Source: an uncultured Gammaproteobacteria bacterium (GTDB lineage Bacteria; Patescibacteriota; Microgenomatia; Levybacterales; UBA12049). From it: 64,000 bases of DNA. Below, piece after piece: positions 37,033 to 46,248 of the stretch (position 1 is its first letter; every line of letters begins with the position of its first letter). The notes under the pieces were generated by a model. It was not told the DNA's origin and made no database searches. It saw only the letters and a list, made by a program, of their open reading frames with translations. The translations under genes and the position numbers were made by a program. The stretch covers positions 141,210 to 205,209 of the forward strand of contig CAZDOJ010000001.1 in assembly GCA_964507055.1 (NCBI GenBank). Direction: 5' to 3'.

Positions 37033-37473
37033 TTAGAAACTTTCTGTAGTGTACGTGACTGTGCGTGAAACCTTCTTTTCCTGACCATCAGGGAAGATTG
37101 CGGAAACTTGCAATACACTTGTACCATCAGGGATCGCTTGTGTCAAGGTAAAATCACCATTATCTGCAGGCTTTACGACTTGATCGGTTTCATCCGTAGA
37201 AATTGTAATTGTCGCATCTTTTACAGCCTTACCTTTTATGGTAATAACTTGCTTATCAAAAACTTCTTCATCTTTCGGAGAATCAAGGGTCAGTAAGTTT
37301 GTATCAGGTTGTGTTGGAGATGGTGCTTGCTGTTGCTGATCATTAATTGTTACTGGAGCGGATTCTTCTGGCGGAAGTGTACGGGTAGTTTGGTAAATAT
37401 AGAACGCAAACCCTGCCGCAACTAAACCGACAAAGACGGCAACAAAGGATAATATGACTTTCTCAGCTTTCAT
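37033..37473 (-). CDS. Membrane-anchored protein with Ig-like (Big-type) extracellular domain
   Basis: N-terminal TM, Gln/Pro linker, ITIKGKAVKDATITISTDETD...GDFTLT Ig-like strand pattern. Confidence 0.5.
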   Translation of the reverse strand: MKAEKVILSFVAVFVGLVAAGFAFYIYQTTRTLPPEESAPVTINDQQQQAPSPTQPDTNLLTLDSPKDEEVFDKQVITIKGKAVKDATITISTDETDQVVKPADNGDFTLTQAIPDGTSVLQVSAIFPDGQEKKVSRTVTYTTESF

Positions 37474-37588
37474 GGGGGCGGGTAACTCAGGTTATAATAC
37501 GATAAATGATATTCCTTGTCAAGAAAATATCAAACAATGATTACCCTGATATGACGGGATAAGTAGCTTATATCACGAGAATTGCTCT

Positions 37589-37616
37589 TTGCAAAATTCA
37601 ATCGAAGTGGTATAGT
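37589..37616 (+). promoter_or_regulatory. Putative promoter TTGCAA-16-TATAGT immediately abutting ORF start (leaderless or very short leader)
   Basis: Near-consensus hexamers; -10 ends 1 nt before ATG at 37617 (next in-frame ATG at 37626). Confidence 0.4.
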
Positions 37617-38132
37617 ATGTTTTACATGGAAATTGCTCTACTAAATAAATCAGCTTTACGCCTTAAAGGTAAATCTACAACCTTTATTGTAAATCCAATC
37701 GATTCTGCAGGTGCAAATGCCGCATTTCTTCTTGATGATTCTATTGAAGAAGTTCTCAGTGATGAAACCGTCGTTCTTCAGGGACCTGGGGATTATGAAG
37801 TCGGTGGCGTGAAGATTGTTGGAAGTCGAGGCGAATCTGGATTTGTTTACAGCATGAATATGGACGGTATGGATATTATCGTTGGCAAATTAGCGACACT
37901 TTCTGCAATGCAACACAAACTTAAAGAACATAACATTGTTATTGCTTTATGCTCTGATCAGCTAGACTCAGCCTTTCTTACATCACTGACAACCAATGTC
38001 GTAATCTTTTATGGAGAAAAAGCAGCTGAAAGTGCTCAAGGATTTGCGAAAGAAAATGTGAAGCAAATGAATAAATATTCAGTTGCTATTGGGAAGTTGC
38101 CAACAGAAGTAGAAACGATCCTGCTTGCATAG
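37617..38132 (+). CDS. Hypothetical protein (weak resemblance to MBL-fold N-terminus but lacking HxHxDH)
   Basis: 171-aa ORF upstream of dnaB; no catalytic motifs. Confidence 0.45.
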   Translation: MFYMEIALLNKSALRLKGKSTTFIVNPIDSAGANAAFLLDDSIEEVLSDETVVLQGPGDYEVGGVKIVGSRGESGFVYSMNMDGMDIIVGKLATLSAMQHKLKEHNIVIALCSDQLDSAFLTSLTTNVVIFYGEKAAESAQGFAKENVKQMNKYSVAIGKLPTEVETILLA

Positions 38133-38170
38133 AAATTTACACGTGAGTAAATAAATATTTCTCACCAGTT

Positions 38171-39502
38171 ATGGCTATAAAAGTTTTACCCCACAATGAT
38201 GAAGCGGAAGAGAGTGTCTTGGGCGCTATTCTTATCGATAAAAACGCTATTGTCCCAGTCTCTGAAGTATTGCGAACAGAAGATTTCTATAGCGATATTA
38301 ATGGACTAATTTATGGTGCGATGCTTATCCTTTACGAAGCACGTCGTCCGATCGACCTCCTTACACTTACAGAACAGCTCAAAAAGAATAAAGATTTAAA
38401 GAAAATTGATTCTGCATATCTTACTGATTTAGTCGAAAAAGTTCCAACCGCTGCAAATGTAAAACACTACGCAGATATTGTAAAAGAAGAAGCTACAAAA
38501 AGATTTCTCATTACAGCAGGAACTGAGATTGCAGAAATGGGTTACGCAGAAAATAGTGAAGTAAGAGATATTCTCGATAAAGCCGAATCTTCAATCTTTT
38601 CTATTTCTCAAGGGCATATGACTCGAGGTTTTCTCCCAATTAAGGATACTTTAGCTGATAGTTTTGATCGTATCGATGAATTACAAAAAGTTGGGAGTGG
38701 ACTTCGTGGTGTTAAGACCGGATTTACTGATTTGGACAATCTGCTCTCAGGTATGCAAAAGAATAATTTAATTATTCTCGCTGCTCGTCCGGGGCAAGGT
38801 AAGACTGCATTCATGTTAAACATCGCACAAAATATTGCAGTCAAAGACAAAAAGTCTGTCGGTATATTTTCTCTTGAAATGAGTAAAGAAGAATTGGTAG
38901 ATCGTCTTTTGGTTGGTCAGGCGGATGTCGATGCCTGGCGTCTTAAAACAGGTAAATTATCAGAAGAAGATTTCGGAAAGATTTCTGACGCAATGGGACA
39001 ATTGGCCGATGCACCGATCTTTATCGATGATACACCTGGCTTAAATCTGGTCGAAATGCGAAGTAAAGCACGTCGTCTGCAAATGGAGCATAATTTATCA
39101 TTGTTAGTTGTTGATTATCTCCAGTTGATTGATCCAGGAAAGAAATACGACAATCGTGTGCAGGAAGTTGCTATCATTTCTCAAGCTTTAAAAAATCTTG
39201 CGAGAGAGTTGGGAATTCCTGTTCTTTCCGCGTCACAGCTTTCCCGTGCAGTCGAACATAGAACAGGGGATAAGCGTCCACAACTTGCCGATCTTCGTGA
39301 ATCCGGTACTATTGAACAAGATGCTGACGTCGTTATGTTTATCTATCGACCTGAAGTTGAAGTTGTAACCCCAATGATCCCAGTAAAGGTTTTAGTAGCA
39401 AAACATCGAAATGGTGCAACAGGAGAGGTAGATCTCATGTTCCAAGGCAATAGAGTCCGATTCATGAATGTAGAAAAAACTCACTCAGAATCTGGATCGT
39501 AG
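38171..39502 (+). CDS. dnaB: Replicative DNA helicase DnaB
   Basis: N-terminal DEAEESVLGAILID; Walker A ARPGQGKTAF; H4 SQLSRAVEHR...LADLRESGTIEQDADVVMFIYR. Confidence 0.9.
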   Translation: MAIKVLPHNDEAEESVLGAILIDKNAIVPVSEVLRTEDFYSDINGLIYGAMLILYEARRPIDLLTLTEQLKKNKDLKKIDSAYLTDLVEKVPTAANVKHYADIVKEEATKRFLITAGTEIAEMGYAENSEVRDILDKAESSIFSISQGHMTRGFLPIKDTLADSFDRIDELQKVGSGLRGVKTGFTDLDNLLSGMQKNNLIILAARPGQGKTAFMLNIAQNIAVKDKKSVGIFSLEMSKEELVDRLLVGQADVDAWRLKTGKLSEEDFGKISDAMGQLADAPIFIDDTPGLNLVEMRSKARRLQMEHNLSLLVVDYLQLIDPGKKYDNRVQEVAIISQALKNLARELGIPVLSASQLSRAVEHRTGDKRPQLADLRESGTIEQDADVVMFIYRPEVEVVTPMIPVKVLVAKHRNGATGEVDLMFQGNRVRFMNVEKTHSESGS

Positions 39503-39554
39503 ATTTTAATTCTCCACAGCCACATGTAAACTCTGCTACAATTACATTGTTGCT

Positions 39555-40814
39555 ATGATTGAAAACCTCAAAAAAGTATTTTATTTTCAAATCGCATCAT
39601 ATTTTAGATTCTTTGCGGCTATTCGTTTGCAGCGTTGGAACCCCAAGATAATTGTAGTAACCGGATCGAATGGTAAGACTACATTGCTTCACATGCTTGA
39701 ATCACAACTTGGATCAAAAGCCAAAGTTTCTCATCATGCAAATAGTGCTTATGGAGTGCCATTTGATATCTTGGATCTTCATAGGAAAACGATGTCAGCA
39801 AGTGAATGGATTGCATTAATTCTCAATGCACCTCGTAATGTTTTTAAGCCACTTCCAAAAGAAAAAATTTATGTTGTTGAAGCTGATGCAGACAGACCAT
39901 TTGAAGGTGTTTTTCTTGCAACATTATTAAAGCCAGATGTTGTTCTGTGGGTAAGTACCGGACGAACACACAGCATGAACTTCGATTATCTTGTTGCCGG
40001 AGAAGAATTCAAATCTGTTGAAGAGGCAATAGCATATGAATATGGTTACTTTTTAAAGTATTGCAAAGCATTAGCAGTTATTGATGGTGATTCTGAATTG
40101 GAAACAGAACAAATTGGGCGAACAAAAGTGAAAGTAAAAGCGATAAAGAAAAGTTCTTTACAACAATATTCTGTTGAAAAAGACGGTACAAAGTTCGTCA
40201 TAGATAAGCAAACATATATGTTTAAAGGACTGTTGCCTGAAGAAATATTTCTTTCCATTGCCATGTGTAAAGAAGCGATGGAGTATTTAGAGCTCGATTT
40301 TAATCCAAAATTTAGTCATTTTCAGTTGCCTCCAGGAAGGGGAACAATGCTTTCAGGAATAAAGAATACAGTTCTTATCGATAGTACATACAATGGTAAT
40401 CTTGGATCCATCAAAGCCATGCTTGCGATGTTTGATAAGTTCCCCGCAAGAAAGAAATGGGTTATCATTGGTGATATGAAGGAACTTGGGAAAGAGGAAA
40501 AAGAAGAGCATGAGACATTGGCTCATTTGCTTAACAAAATGGATTTAGAACGAGTTATCCTCATTGGTAAGCTTGTCCAGCAGTACACATTGCCAAAAGT
40601 AAAAAATGGCAAAGGGTTTAACAAATCTCCAGATGCAGCAGAATATATTGAAACAAACATACAAGGTGGAGAAGCAATCTTATTTAAAGGATCACAATCA
40701 TTGCTTATTGAAGGCTTGATAGATCCATTATTGCGAGATAAAAAGGATTCTCACTTGCTTCCACGTCAGACTGAATTTTGGAAAAATCAGAGAAAAAAAC
40801 TTGGTTTCAATTGA
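39555..40814 (+). CDS. murF: Mur ligase family, UDP-MurNAc-pentapeptide-forming MurF-like
   Basis: P-loop VTGSNGKTT; DSTYNGNLGS (cf. DDSYNANP); next to ddl/alr. Confidence 0.65.
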   Translation: MIENLKKVFYFQIASYFRFFAAIRLQRWNPKIIVVTGSNGKTTLLHMLESQLGSKAKVSHHANSAYGVPFDILDLHRKTMSASEWIALILNAPRNVFKPLPKEKIYVVEADADRPFEGVFLATLLKPDVVLWVSTGRTHSMNFDYLVAGEEFKSVEEAIAYEYGYFLKYCKALAVIDGDSELETEQIGRTKVKVKAIKKSSLQQYSVEKDGTKFVIDKQTYMFKGLLPEEIFLSIAMCKEAMEYLELDFNPKFSHFQLPPGRGTMLSGIKNTVLIDSTYNGNLGSIKAMLAMFDKFPARKKWVIIGDMKELGKEEKEEHETLAHLLNKMDLERVILIGKLVQQYTLPKVKNGKGFNKSPDAAEYIETNIQGGEAILFKGSQSLLIEGLIDPLLRDKKDSHLLPRQTEFWKNQRKKLGFN

Positions 40815-40847
40815 CTCTTCTTTGGATAAAATGTATTATTGCTTAAC

Positions 40848-41933
40848 ATGAAAAAGACACGTGTTGCTATCCTCTTTGGCGGCAAATCTGCTGAGCACGA
40901 AGTATCTCTCCAGTCCGCGAAAAGCATCATTGATGCCATCGATAAAGACAAATATGAAGTCGTTAAAATCGGTATCGACAAACAAGGACGTTGGCTTCTC
41001 AATAATCAAAGTGATTACTTACTTAACTCAGATAATCCAAAATTAATTAGTCTTAACAAATCAAATAATGAGCTCGCTGTTTTGCCTGGAAATAAAGAGA
41101 AACAATTAATAAGTTCGACACAAGAATCGATCGGAACTGTTGACGTAGTCTTTCCAGTTTTGCATGGAACGCTTGGTGAAGATGGTGCGATGCAAGGTTT
41201 GTTAAAACTTATGGATGTAGCATTTGTAGGGGCTGATGTTCTTGGTTCAGCTGTTGGAATGGATAAAGATATTATGAAGCGTTTGTTACGAGATGCTGGG
41301 ATATCAATTGGCAAGTTTATCTCATTACGAAAAGGGGACAACGTATCATTTGAAGAAGCAAAGCAAACAGTCGGTTTACCCATGTTTATCAAACCAGCCA
41401 ATCAAGGATCATCTGTAGGAGTTCACAAAGTGCATGATGAAGAAGAGTTTGTTAAAGCATTTAATGATGCATTTTTGTATGACACTAAAATATTGATTGA
41501 AGAATTTATTGAGGGACGAGAGATTGAATGTTCGGTGCTTGGTAATGAAAATCCTGAATCATCAATTCCAGGAGAAATCATCCCGCATCATGAGTTTTAT
41601 TCTTATGAAGCAAAATATATTGATGAAGATGGAGCAGGATTGAAAATACCTGCAGAGTTGCCTGATGCATTGGTGAAAGAAATTCAGCAAATTGCTGTCA
41701 AAATATTTACTACATTAAATTGTGAAGGCATGGCGAGAGTTGATTGCTTCCTAACAAAAGACAACAAAATTTATGTTAATGAGATTAATACAATTCCAGG
41801 ATTTACCAAAATCAGTATGTATCCAAAATTATGGGAAGCAAGTGGCGTTTCGTATGCTGACTTAATTGATAAATTGATCCAATTAGCAATTGCTCGCCAC
41901 GAAAGACAAAAAGGATTAAAAACCTCATTCTAA
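40848..41933 (+). CDS. ddl: D-alanine--D-alanine ligase
   Basis: VAILFGGKSAEHEVSLQSA; VFPVLHGTLGEDGAMQGLL; ATP-grasp. Confidence 0.85.
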   Translation: MKKTRVAILFGGKSAEHEVSLQSAKSIIDAIDKDKYEVVKIGIDKQGRWLLNNQSDYLLNSDNPKLISLNKSNNELAVLPGNKEKQLISSTQESIGTVDVVFPVLHGTLGEDGAMQGLLKLMDVAFVGADVLGSAVGMDKDIMKRLLRDAGISIGKFISLRKGDNVSFEEAKQTVGLPMFIKPANQGSSVGVHKVHDEEEFVKAFNDAFLYDTKILIEEFIEGREIECSVLGNENPESSIPGEIIPHHEFYSYEAKYIDEDGAGLKIPAELPDALVKEIQQIAVKIFTTLNCEGMARVDCFLTKDNKIYVNEINTIPGFTKISMYPKLWEASGVSYADLIDKLIQLAIARHERQKGLKTSF

Positions 41934-41936
41934 GAT

Positions 41937-43058
41937 ATGGATTTCTTTTCAAAGTTTAAAAAAGAGTATTTTCCTCTTAACACCATAACGATTTCAGAAA
42001 AAGCATTAGATGATAACTATAGTTACTTAAGTAACCTTACGAAAGATTTGCGGATCGCTCCAGTTTTCAAAAGTAATGCGTATGGACATGGATTTGAAAT
42101 TGCAAAAGTTCTCGATAAAGTGAATGCTCCATTTTTTTGTGTTGATAGCATTTACGAAGGATATAAGTTACTTAAACAAAATGTCAAAACGCCAATTCTC
42201 ATCATGGGATATGTCGATCCGAGAAATCTTCAAATTAAAAAACTGCCGTTTTCATTTGCGATTTATAATCGTGAGATGCTTGAAAATGTTTATAAATACC
42301 AACCTCATGCAGGAATACATATTTTTGTTGATACCGGTATGAAAAGGGAAGGCATTCCCATGAGTGGATTGCCGTCCCTTATTGAAACACTTCGTGCAAA
42401 AAAAGATATTCATGTAGAAGGATTGATGTCCCATTTTGGAGCATCAGATATCTTTAATGACTTGACGCAATTACAAGTAAAGAATTTTCAAATTGCACAA
42501 GCGTTGTTTAAAACTGCTGGAATATCTCCCAAATGGATTCATCATGCCAATTCATCCGCCATACTTAATTATAAAAACTACAAAGGCAAAATAGGAAACC
42601 TTGCGAGAGTTGGAATCTCTTTATATGGAATCGATCCAGAGAATAAAAATAAAAAATTAAAACCAATATTGGAATTCAGTTCAACATTGGCTCAAATAAA
42701 AGATTTAGCGAAAGGAGAATCAACTGGATATGATTTTACTTTTAAAGCGAAGAAAAATATGAAGATTGGTGTCGTTCCTGCGGGATACAATGATGGTGTT
42801 GATAGAAGATTATCCAATGTTGGTTATATGAAAATCGGTGAAACTTTTTGCAAAATTGTGGGAAGAGTGAGTATGAATCTTACTATGATTGATATTACAG
42901 AAGTTAAAAATGCTAGAGTTGGTGATAAAGTCATTGTCTATTCAAATAAGTCCGATGATAAAAATAGTTTCTTTAATTCTGCACTTGTATGTAAAACAAT
43001 TCCTTACGATTTGCTTGTAAAGCTGACAACCGCAACAAAAAGAGTTATTATTGCCTAA
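41937..43058 (+). CDS. alr: Alanine racemase
   Basis: PLP-lysine motif APVFKSNAYGHG. Confidence 0.85.
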   Translation: MDFFSKFKKEYFPLNTITISEKALDDNYSYLSNLTKDLRIAPVFKSNAYGHGFEIAKVLDKVNAPFFCVDSIYEGYKLLKQNVKTPILIMGYVDPRNLQIKKLPFSFAIYNREMLENVYKYQPHAGIHIFVDTGMKREGIPMSGLPSLIETLRAKKDIHVEGLMSHFGASDIFNDLTQLQVKNFQIAQALFKTAGISPKWIHHANSSAILNYKNYKGKIGNLARVGISLYGIDPENKNKKLKPILEFSSTLAQIKDLAKGESTGYDFTFKAKKNMKIGVVPAGYNDGVDRRLSNVGYMKIGETFCKIVGRVSMNLTMIDITEVKNARVGDKVIVYSNKSDDKNSFFNSALVCKTIPYDLLVKLTTATKRVIIA

Positions 43059-43059
43059 C

Positions 43060-43641
43060 ATGAAAAAACTTATACTTGCATCAGCATCACCTCGACGAAA
43101 GCAATTACTAAAACAACTTGGATTAGAATTTGAAATTCTTGCGAGTAATATCGATGAGAAGTTGAATCCAAGACTTAAACCATTACATCAAGTTGAAGAA
43201 CTATCTAGGCAAAAAGCAGAAGCAACAGCAGCTATAAAAGAATCAAAAAATGCTGTCATTTTAGCTGCCGATTCTATGGTAGCTGTAGCAGACGAAATTA
43301 TGGGCAAACCAAAAGATGCAAAAGATGCCAAAAGAATGCTTCGAAAATTAAGTGGGACAACACACTCTATTGTGACAGGATTTACATTGCTTGATACTGT
43401 AACAAAGAAAAAGGTGACAAAATCTGTCGAGACAAAAGTATGGTTTAAAAAACTTTCTTCGCAGGAAATATCAGCATATATTAAAACAAAAGAACCATTT
43501 GATAAAGCAGGTGCGTATGCTATCCAGGAGATTGGTTCTATTTTCGTTGAAAAGATAGAAGGAGATTATCAAGGAGCGGTTGGTCTCCCATTGTATGCTT
43601 TGGCGAAAGAATTAAAGAAGTTTGGAATACAAGTTTTATGA
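43060..43641 (+). CDS. maf: Maf-like nucleoside triphosphate pyrophosphatase (septum formation protein Maf)
   Basis: LILASASPRRKQLL start; ATG 2 nt after alr stop. Confidence 0.8.
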   Translation: MKKLILASASPRRKQLLKQLGLEFEILASNIDEKLNPRLKPLHQVEELSRQKAEATAAIKESKNAVILAADSMVAVADEIMGKPKDAKDAKRMLRKLSGTTHSIVTGFTLLDTVTKKKVTKSVETKVWFKKLSSQEISAYIKTKEPFDKAGAYAIQEIGSIFVEKIEGDYQGAVGLPLYALAKELKKFGIQVL

Positions 43642-44387
43642 AGAAACAATACAAAGCACTCATGTTAGATATGGATGGAACCACAATTCCCAATGAACGA
43701 CACGGCCTCCCATCCAAAAGAGTTATCGAAGCGATTGAAAAAGCAACACAAAAAATAAAAGTCGGTGCAGTAACTGGAAGACCATTTTTTGCTGCAAAAG
43801 AAGTTGCAGATATTCTTCATTATAATTCTCCATTGATTGTCAGTGGGGGAGCACAAATTGTTTCAGGCGATGGCGAAGTTATGTGGGAGAAAAAGATTTC
43901 TCAACAAGATACCTTTGAAATTTGTAAGCTGCTTAAAAAATATAATATGAGAGCTCTTATTCAAGAAGATGAAGAAAAGGATGTACCATACAGTTCTACA
44001 TATGTTGCTCGTGAAACTATTTCGATTGCAGCTGCGGATTTAACATTAGAGCAGGCAGACAAGCTAATTGAAGATTTAAAACCGTTCAAAGATTTGTCAT
44101 ATCATAAGATTCTTGGATGGGAAAATGGTTCAACGTGGGTGCAGATTAATCACGCTCAGGCAAGCAAACAACATGCTATTTTAACCGTTGCAGAACTTCT
44201 TGGCATTGAGACACATGAGATCATCGGCATTGGCGATGGATATAATGATTTCCCGCTTTTAATGGCATGTGGTCTAAAAGTCGCAATGGGTAATGCTGTC
44301 CCAGAACTCAAAGCAATTGCAGACTATGTTGCACCAACTGTTGCAGAAGATGGAGTAGCAGATGTGATTGAGAAATTTATTTTGTAA
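43638..44387 (+). CDS. HAD-IIB (Cof-type) hydrolase
   Basis: Motif I LDMDGT, motif IV GDGYNDFPLL. Confidence 0.75.
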   Translation: MKKQYKALMLDMDGTTIPNERHGLPSKRVIEAIEKATQKIKVGAVTGRPFFAAKEVADILHYNSPLIVSGGAQIVSGDGEVMWEKKISQQDTFEICKLLKKYNMRALIQEDEEKDVPYSSTYVARETISIAAADLTLEQADKLIEDLKPFKDLSYHKILGWENGSTWVQINHAQASKQHAILTVAELLGIETHEIIGIGDGYNDFPLLMACGLKVAMGNAVPELKAIADYVAPTVAEDGVADVIEKFIL

Positions 44388-44437
44388 GCCAATCTATTGT
44401 TTTTCTTCATTTCCTTTGCTATCCTTGTAAGCGTTTT

Positions 44438-46246
44438 ATGGCAAATGCTTTAAAGATCAAACAAACCTCGTGGAATTTAAAACCTCTGTTCAAGTCCGAC
44501 AATGATCCTGCGATCGCAAAACATCGAGAAGAAGTCGAGAAAGCAAATAAAAAGTTTGTGACCAAGTGGTCAAAGAATAAAAAATATTTAACTGAGCCTA
44601 AAGTTTTAAAGACCGCTTTGGATGAATATGAACAGCTTTTAAGAAGTTTTGGAACCGATGGAAATGAAGGATATTATTTCTGGCTTCGTTCTCAACAAGA
44701 TCAAAATGATCAGGCGGTTAAAGCAAAGTTTGCAAAGGTTTTAGATTTTAGTAATCGTCTCAGAAATGAGTTACAATTTTTTGAATTACGTTTGGCAAAA
44801 GTTGAGAAAGCCAAACAAAAAGTTTTCCTCAAAGATCCGCAATTGAAAGAATATAAACATTTTCTTGAAAAGATTTTCCGTCAAGCGGATTACTTATTAA
44901 GTGAAGCAGAAGAGAAGATCATGAATCTCAAGTCGGATCCGGCACATATGAAATGGGAGCAAATGCTTTCAGGTTTTCTTTCCAAAGAAGAACGTGAAGT
45001 GCTCACAGAATCAGGAAAGAAAGAAAAATTAAATTTTGAACAACTCATAAGTTTAACTGCGAGTAAAAAGAAAAAGGTTCGTGATGGAGCAGCATATGCT
45101 GTAAATGAAATTTTTGAGAAATTGGTTGAGACAGCTGAGGCTGAAATCAATGCAATTCTTGCCAATAAAAAGATTGACGATGAATTGCGTGGAATGAAGC
45201 GGCCAGATTTTTCAAGACATTTGGCTGATGATATGGAGAGTGAAGTTGTTGATGCTTTAGTGAAGACCGTTTCAGATCGTTACAAGATTGCACAAAAATA
45301 TTATCAATTTAAAGCAAAATTAATGGGCGTCTCCAAACTTGCATATCACGAACGGAGTGTTCCTTTTGGCAAGATTGATAAGACCTATTCATTTGCTGAT
45401 GGAGCTGCATTAGTTCACAAAGTTTTTACTGATTTAGATCAAGAGTTTGCAGATGCACTTTCACGATTTTTGGAAAACGGTCAAATTGATGTTTATCCAG
45501 GGAAAGGTAAAAGAGGAGGAGCTTTTTGTGTGTATTGGCAAGTCGATCAACCGACCTATGTCATGTTGAATTACACAGATAAGTTGCGTGATGTTGAGAC
45601 ATTGGCTCATGAAATGGGGCATGGGATCAATGATGAGTTAATGAAGAAACAAAATGCATTAAATTTTGGTACTCCAACTTCAACAGCAGAAGTGGCGAGT
45701 ACATTTATGGAAGATTTCGTTTTACAGGAAATTCTCAAAACTGCTGACGAAGAAACTCGGTTTGGACTTATGATTTCTAAATTGGATACAGAAATTGCGA
45801 CTATTTTCAGACAAATTGCCTGCTATCAGTTCGAGACAGAATTACATCAGCAGTTCCGAGAAAAAGGATATCTTTCTCATCAGGAAATTGGAAAGATTTT
45901 TCAGAAACACATGGAGACATACATGGGACCTGGCGTTGAACAATCAAAAGGTTCTGAAAATTGGTGGGTGTATTGGTCACATATTCGAACATTCTTTTAT
46001 GTCTATTCTTATGCAAGTGGATTACTTATTTCAAAATCAATGCAAAATGGAGTGAAATCCGATCCGAAGTTTATAAACAAAGTGAAGGAATTTTTATCAG
46101 CTGGTACATCAGCATCTCCAAAAGATATTTTTGCACGGGTTGGAATTGATATTACTGATACGACATTTTGGAACAATGGACTTGATGAAGTCGAAAATTT
46201 ATTAAAAGAAACAACAAAGCTTGCCAAGAAAATGGGCAAAATTTAG
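44438..46246 (+). CDS. pepF: M3B oligoendopeptidase F
   Basis: HEMGHGIND zinc motif; M3 family length and helical architecture. Confidence 0.8.
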   Translation: MANALKIKQTSWNLKPLFKSDNDPAIAKHREEVEKANKKFVTKWSKNKKYLTEPKVLKTALDEYEQLLRSFGTDGNEGYYFWLRSQQDQNDQAVKAKFAKVLDFSNRLRNELQFFELRLAKVEKAKQKVFLKDPQLKEYKHFLEKIFRQADYLLSEAEEKIMNLKSDPAHMKWEQMLSGFLSKEEREVLTESGKKEKLNFEQLISLTASKKKKVRDGAAYAVNEIFEKLVETAEAEINAILANKKIDDELRGMKRPDFSRHLADDMESEVVDALVKTVSDRYKIAQKYYQFKAKLMGVSKLAYHERSVPFGKIDKTYSFADGAALVHKVFTDLDQEFADALSRFLENGQIDVYPGKGKRGGAFCVYWQVDQPTYVMLNYTDKLRDVETLAHEMGHGINDELMKKQNALNFGTPTSTAEVASTFMEDFVLQEILKTADEETRFGLMISKLDTEIATIFRQIACYQFETELHQQFREKGYLSHQEIGKIFQKHMETYMGPGVEQSKGSENWWVYWSHIRTFFYVYSYASGLLISKSMQNGVKSDPKFINKVKEFLSAGTSASPKDIFARVGIDITDTTFWNNGLDEVENLLKETTKLAKKMGKI

Positions 46247-46248
46247 AT

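Noticed and set aside
37617-38132. MBL-fold hydrolase call for the 171-aa ORF upstream of dnaB
   Set aside because: Only a loose N-terminal resemblance. The HxHxDH metal motif is absent.
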